Shown piece after piece: positions 61,601 through 64,000 of a stretch of DNA of 64,000 nucleotides (position 1 is its first letter; every line of letters starts with the position of its first letter). The notes under the pieces were generated by a model, which was given only the letters and a program-made list of their open reading frames with translations, did no database searches and was not told the DNA's origin. Origin of the DNA: Paraphysomonas bandaiensis (Eukaryota; Protista; Chrysophyceae); the NCBI GenBank assembly GCA_965644295.1, contig CBFFRP010000376.1, positions 182,285 to 246,284 on the forward strand. Reading direction: 5' to 3'. Both the position numbers and the translations under genes were made by a program.

Positions 61601-64000
61601 CAATTTCCCGCCTGGATGTGAGTCATCGACAATATATTGTGCGTATCCGGAAGGTGTGGATGCTGGAGTGGTATTGCAGCTTCAGACGCTTGTGTATGAT
61701 CGTTTGTTGATTCCTAGAACACTGGTAGTTGGTCGTCGCTTCTTCCGAGCAGTGTTGCAGCCGCATGATTCATCCGATCCGTCCTACTATGTGATGAACG
61801 CTACAGCTGAAACTTTGGCCTACTTTTCGTTTGCGGATTCTGTTGCAATTAGTTGTGTTGAGGGTTTAACATTTGAGGGTGCTATATTTAACGGCGTGAC
61901 TGATGTGAGACGTCATATTGACTTTCAATACACTTACTTGACTCTTCCTGGTATATTCGGCACAGTCGGGAGCTCCACTAGCTTGTCGGATTCGACTGGT
62001 TTGCGTGCATTTGATCGTACTACTACCGGCGCAAGTATCATTACCCAGGAAGATCAATGTGTGGACGAGGAAACTATTCACACGGCTGAGGAGACTGTGT
62101 TTACCTTTGTCGTTGGTGCCCAGGATGTCGTTTCTTCTTGTACTGTGTGTCGTGCGGTGTTTGTGCCGGAGTCATCAAGTCCGACATCAGTCCCATCGAT
62201 ATCATCTCAGCCCACTATTGGGCCATCCGCTAGTCCTTCATCGAATCCTACTTTGAGTCCGACCGATGTTCCAACTGTTAATCCTACCGTTTTACCAACA
62301 CTTTCACCAACAGGATCGCCTACATCAGACCCAACACTCAACCCAACAGCATCCCCTACAGTATTTCCAACAGGGATTCCATCATCCAATCCAACAGTGG
62401 CCCCAACTCCTTCACCAACAAGTGGGCCTACATTGGAGCCTACTGCCAGCCCAACAGGTGCACCTTCTGTTTCGCCAACATCTGGACCTACTGCAAGCCC
62501 AACAGGTGCCCCCACCGGTTCACCTACATTGGAGCCTACATCGAGCCCAACAGGTGCACCTTCTGTTTCGCCAACATCTGGTCCTACTGCAAGCCCAACA
62601 GTTGCCCCCACCGGTTCACCTACTTTGGAGCCTACATCGAGCCCAACAGGTGCGCCTTCCGTTTCACCAACATCTGGACCTACTGCAAGTCCAACAGTTG
62701 CCCCCACCAGTTCACCTACATTGGATCCTACATCTAGTCCGACGGTTATTCCCACTACTGCACCGTCAGTGTTGCCCACAACACCGAATACCACATTAGC
62801 ACCAACATTTGTTCCTACAACGTCACTTCCAACCGTGTCACCTACAACATCTCCTACCTCTTCACCCACATCGGAACCGTCGCAACAGCCTTCCGCTTCA
62901 CCAAGTTTTGCTCCATCTGGTTCTCCGACTTTGTCCCCCACATCTTCACCCACGTTGGAACCGTCCCATCAGCCTTCCGCTTCACCAAGTTTTGCTCCAT
63001 CTGGTTCTCCAACTTTGTCCCCTACATCTTCACCCACGTCCTCTCCTACGATTACTCCTACAGTTGTGGAGACTCTCTCTCCTACAATCTCTAATAGCTC
63101 CTGTGGTGCTAAGGAGACAGGAGATTTGTATGATTTGGTCAGCAAAGAAGAGATTGTCAGTACCTGGCTAGAGGGTGGATTTGCTGGTGTTGATGACCAG
63201 GAGTGGGTGACAATATCTACATCTGTCAGTACATTTTCTAACGCTAGTGTTTTTGTGAGTCTTCCGAATATTCCGGGAGAAACTTCATCTGATGGTTATC
63301 CTGCGATTGCTAGAGTTCGAAATGTCCAGACATTGTCTGGGACCGTAACTTTTGAGACTCGCATCTACCAAGCAAATGATAGTTACTGTTCGAAGGAGTG
63401 GGCGATACCAGAGCCTATATCTCCGGCTTTGTCATTATCTTGGTTAGTAGTTGAACATGGTGCTTACAATTTATCAGGTAGTTTCTTTATTGTTGGTGAA
63501 GGTCCAATTACCAGACAGGATAATGATCCCACTAACAATGCTAATTTCGTTCGATTCAATTTCCCGCCTGGATGTGAGTCATCGACAATATATTGTGCGT
63601 ATCCGGAAGGTGTGGATGCTGGAGTGGTATTGCAGCTTCAGACGCTTGTGTATGATCGTTTGTTGATTCCTAGAACACTGGTAGTTGGTCGTCGCTTCTT
63701 CCGAGCAGTGTTGCAGCCGCATGATTCATCCGATCCGTCCTACTATGTGATGAACGCTACAGCTGAAACTTTGGCCTACTTTTCGTTTGCGGATTCTGTT
63801 GCAATTAGTTGTGTTGAGGGTTTAACATTTGAGGGTGCTATATTTAACGGCGTGACTAATGTGAGACGTCATATTGACTTTCAATACACTTACTTGACTC
63901 TTCCTGGTATATTCGGCACAGTCGGGAGCTCCACTAGCTTGTCGGATTCGACTGGTTTGCGTGCATTTGATCGTACTACTACCGGCGCAAGTATCATTAC
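52644..64000 (+). CDS. Giant secreted/surface adhesin-like protein: signal peptide plus at least 6 tandem [triple H-type-lectin-like module + P/T/S mucin-like spacer]; 3' end lies beyond the window
   Basis: ATG 52644 gives MVHPRVAILIMALGAFAIA (signal-like). The module-start WLEGG falls at 52812, 54621, 56481, 59253, 61209 and 63165, with spacings 1809, 1860, 2772, 1956 and 1956, all multiples of 3. I saw no stop in this frame, and the ORF track lists no terminated ORF in it. Confidence 0.88.
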   Translation, partial: MVHPRVAILIMALGAFAIATNAPTSSPSVDPSSCPQVSSNHTDVIDMVNKMPVNKKWLEGGYASVDDQEWVAVSTSVSTFSNASVFVSLPNIPGETSSDGYPAIARVRNVQTLSGTVTFETRIYQANDSYCSKEWAIPEPISPAMTLSWLVAEHGVYNVSNNMFVVGEGPITRQDNDPSNNANFVRFNFPPGCESSTIYCAYPEGVDAGVVLQLQTLVYDRLLIPRTRNVGRRFFRAVLQPHDSSDPSYYVMNATAETLAYFSFADSVAISCVEGLTFEGAIFNGVTDVRRHIDFQYTYLTLPGIFGTVGSSTSLSDSTGLRAFNRTTTGASIITQEDQCVDEETIHTAEETVFTFVVGEQSLASSCTICNVAFSPTVFSSPTSSPSFVPSFSPTHTPTFIPSNSPTFSPTSIPSSGPTLSPTNAPTVCPTCGPTSCPTATPSVLPTVGPTQCPTGAPTSFPTAAPTASPTVAPTGSPTLKPTSSPTGAPSVSPTSGPTASPTVAPTGSPTLDPTSSPTVIPTTAPSVLPTTPNTTMTPTFVPTTSLPTVSPTTSPTSSPTSEPSQQPSASPSFAPSGSPTLSPTSSPTLEPSHQPSASPSFAPSGSPTLSPTSSPTSSPTITPTVVETLSPTISNSSCGAKETGDLYDLVSKEEIVSTWLEGGFAGVDDQEWVTISTSVSTFSNASVFVSLPNIPGETSSDGYPAIARVRNVQTLSGTVTFETRIYQANDSYCSKEWAIPEPISPALSLSWLVVEHGAYNLSGSFFIVGEGPITRQDNDPTNNANFVRFNFPPGCESSTIYCAYPEGVDAGVVLQLQTLVYDRLLIPRTLVVGRRFFRAVLQPHDSSDPSYYVMNATAETLAYFSFADSVAISCVEGLTFEGAIFNGVTNVRRHIDFQYTYLTLPGIFGTVGSSTSLSDSTGLRAFDRTTTGASIITQEDQCVDEETIHTAEETVFTFVVGAQDVVSSCTVCRAVFVPESSSPTSVPSISSQPTIGPSASPSSNPTLSPTDVPTVNPTVLPTLSPTGSPTSDPTLNPTASPTVFPTGIPSSNPTVAPTPSPTSGPTLEPTASPTGAPSVSPTSGPTASPTVAPTGSPTLKPTSSPTGAPSVSPTSGPTASPTVAPTGSPTLDPTSSPTVIPTTAPSVLPTTPNTTMTPTFVPTTSLPTVSPTTSPTSSPTSEPSQQPSASPSFAPSGSPTLSPTSSPTLEPSHQPSASPSFAPSGSPTLSPTSSPTSSPTITPTVVETLSPTISNSSCGAKETGDLYDLVSKEEIVSTWLEGGFAGVDDQEWVTISTSVSTFSNASVFVSLPNIPGETSSDGYPAIARVRNVQTLSGTVTFETRIYQANDSYCSKEWAIPEPISPALSLSWLVVEHGAYNLSGSFFIVGEGPITRQDNDPTNNANFVRFNFPPGCESSTIYCAYPEGVDAGVVLQLQTLVYDRLLIPRTLVVGRRFFRAVLQPHDSSDPSYYVMNATAETLAYFSFADSVGISCVEGLTFEGAIFNGVTNVRRHIDFQYTYLTLPGIFGTVGSSTSLSDSTGLRAFDRTTTGASIITQEDQCVDEETIHTAEETVFTFVVGAQDVVSSCTVCRAVFVPESSSPTSVPSISSQPTIGPSASPSSNPTLSPTDVPTVNPTVLPTLSPTGSPTSDPTLNPTASPTVFPTGIPSSNPTVAPTPSPTSGPTLEPTASPTGAPSVSPTSGPTASPTSAPSVSPTSGPTASPTVAPIPSPTSGPTLEPTASPTVAPTGSPTLEPTSSPTGAPSVSPTSGPTASPTVAPTCSPTLEPTSSPTGAPSVSPTSGPTASPTVAPTCSPTLEPTSSPTGAPSVSPTSGPTASPTVAPTGSPTLEPTSSPTGTPSVSPTSGPTASPTVAPTGSPTLEPTSSPTGAPSVSPTSGPTASPTVAPTGSPTLDPTSSPTVIPTTAPSVLPTTPNTTMTPTFVPTTSLPTVSPTTSPTSSPTSEPSQQPSASPSFAPSGSPTLSPTSSPTSEPSLQPSALPSFAPSGSPTLSPTSSPTSEPSQQPSASPSFAPSGSPTLSPTSSPTSEPSHQPSGSPSFAPSSSPTLSPTCSPTLEPSHQPSALPSFAPSGSPTLSPTSSPTSEPSQQPSASPSVAPSGSPTLSPTSSPTLEPSHQPSASPSFAPSGSPTLSPTSSPTSSPTITPTVVETLSPTISNSSCGAKETGDLYDLVSKEEIVSTWLEGGFAGVDDQEWVTISTSVSTFSNASVFVSLPNIPGETSSDGYPAIARVRNVQTLSGTVTFETRIYQANDSYCSKEWAIPEPISPALSLSWLVVEHGAYNLSGSFFIVGEGPITRQDNDPTNNANFVRFNFPPGCESSTIYCAYPEGVDAGVVLQLQTLVYDRLLIPRTLVVGRRFFRAVLQPHDSSDPSYYVMNATAETLAYFSFADSVAISCVEGLTFEGAIFNGVTNVRRHIDFQYTYLTLPGIFGTVGSSTSLSDSTGLRAFDRTTTGASIITQEDQCVDEETIHTAEETVFTFVVGAQDVVSSCTVCRAVFVPESSSPTSVPSISSQPTIGPSASPSSNPTLSPTDVPTVNPTVLPTLSPTGSPTSDPTLNPTASPTVFPTGIPSSNPTVAPTPSPTSGPTLEPTASPTGAPSVSPTSGPTASPTGAPTGSPTLDPTSSPTGAPSVSPTSGPTASPTVAPTGSPTLEPTSSPTGAPSVSPTSGPTASPTVAPTSSPTLDPTSSPTVIPTTAPSVLPTTPNTTLAPTFVPTTSLPTVSPTTSPTSSPTSEPSQQPSASPSFAPSGSPTLSPTSSPTLEPSHQPSASPSFAPSGSPTLSPTSSPTSSPTITPTVVETLSPTISNSSCGAKETGDLYDLVSKEEIVSTWLEGGFAGVDDQEWVTISTSVSTFSNASVFVSLPNIPGETSSDGYPAIARVRNVQTLSGTVTFETRIYQANDSYCSKEWAIPEPISPALSLSWLVVEHGAYNLSGSFFIVGEGPITRQDNDPTNNANFVRFNFPPGCESSTIYCAYPEGVDAGVVLQLQTLVYDRLLIPRTLVVGRRFFRAVLQPHDSSDPSYYVMNATAETLAYFSFADSVAISCVEGLTFEGAIFNGVTDVRRHIDFQYTYLTLPGIFGTVGSSTSLSDSTGLRAFDRTTTGASIITQEDQCVDEETIHTAEETVFTFVVGAQDVVSSCTVCRAVFVPESSSPTSVPSISSQPTIGPSASPSSNPTLSPTDVPTVNPTVLPTLSPTGSPTSDPTLNPTASPTVFPTGIPSSNPTVAPTPSPTSGPTLEPTASPTGAPSVSPTSGPTASPTGAPTGSPTLEPTSSPTGAPSVSPTSGPTASPTVAPTGSPTLEPTSSPTGAPSVSPTSGPTASPTVAPTSSPTLDPTSSPTVIPTTAPSVLPTTPNTTLAPTFVPTTSLPTVSPTTSPTSSPTSEPSQQPSASPSFAPSGSPTLSPTSSPTLEPSHQPSASPSFAPSGSPTLSPTSSPTSSPTITPTVVETLSPTISNSSCGAKETGDLYDLVSKEEIVSTWLEGGFAGVDDQEWVTISTSVSTFSNASVFVSLPNIPGETSSDGYPAIARVRNVQTLSGTVTFETRIYQANDSYCSKEWAIPEPISPALSLSWLVVEHGAYNLSGSFFIVGEGPITRQDNDPTNNANFVRFNFPPGCESSTIYCAYPEGVDAGVVLQLQTLVYDRLLIPRTLVVGRRFFRAVLQPHDSSDPSYYVMNATAETLAYFSFADSVAISCVEGLTFEGAIFNGVTNVRRHIDFQYTYLTLPGIFGTVGSSTSLSDSTGLRAFDRTTTGASII
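52812..64000 (+). repeat. Intragenic tandem macro-repeat (1.8-2.8 kb units) with nested 96-bp and 84-bp minisatellites
   Basis: Near-identical ~0.9-kb module DNA in units 2-6. The 84-bp unit (EPSQQPSASPSFAPSGSPTLSPTSSPTL) occurs 2x in most spacers and 7x in spacer 3 (58541-59045). The 96-bp unit (SPTGAPSVSPTSGPTASPTVAPTGSPTLEPTS) varies in copy number. Confidence 0.95.

Noticed and set aside
53681-62953. Minus-strand Gly/Val-rich ORFs (VGDKVGEPDG...) of 216-376 aa
   Set aside because: Antisense shadows of the Pro/Thr/Ser codons in the giant + strand ORF. They are confined to the spacers and have no independent gene structure.
53104-63666. Repeated short + strand ORFs rich in His/Gln/Leu in the ORF track
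   Set aside because: Alternative-frame readings of the same repeat. The real frame is the uninterrupted one starting at 52644.

Overview
This is eukaryotic nuclear DNA from a compact, intron-rich protist genome. Introns are about 45-60 nt and mostly GT-AG. A flagellated stramenopile is my inference and is not proven. Positions 1-50 kb hold about 14 housekeeping or membrane-traffic genes, mostly in divergent pairs: a DENN+PH protein, a SAPS/PP6R-like protein, glucosidase II beta, a mitochondrial carrier, a NACHT-coiled-coil protein, a tandem F-BAR/GRAM/VASt protein, CSN3, an alpha/beta hydrolase, a GT4, ATP23, a fatty-acid hydroxylase and PEN-2. The same stretch holds a solitary 5S rRNA gene and nested transposon debris (hAT and Mutator-type MITEs, a hAT transposase relic, and an unclassified TSD-flanked retroposon-like family), mainly in convergent intergenic gaps. 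The standout feature is missing from the ORF track because it has no stop codon in the window. It is an intronless reading frame from 52644 to beyond 64000 (at least 3785 codons) encoding a signal-peptide protein built like beads on a string. At least 6 near-identical ~305-aa modules, each looking like three fused H-type-lectin-like subdomains, alternate with variable-length Pro/Thr/Ser mucin-like spacers made of nested 96-bp and 84-bp repeats. All family assignments come from motif recognition by eye; no searches were run.
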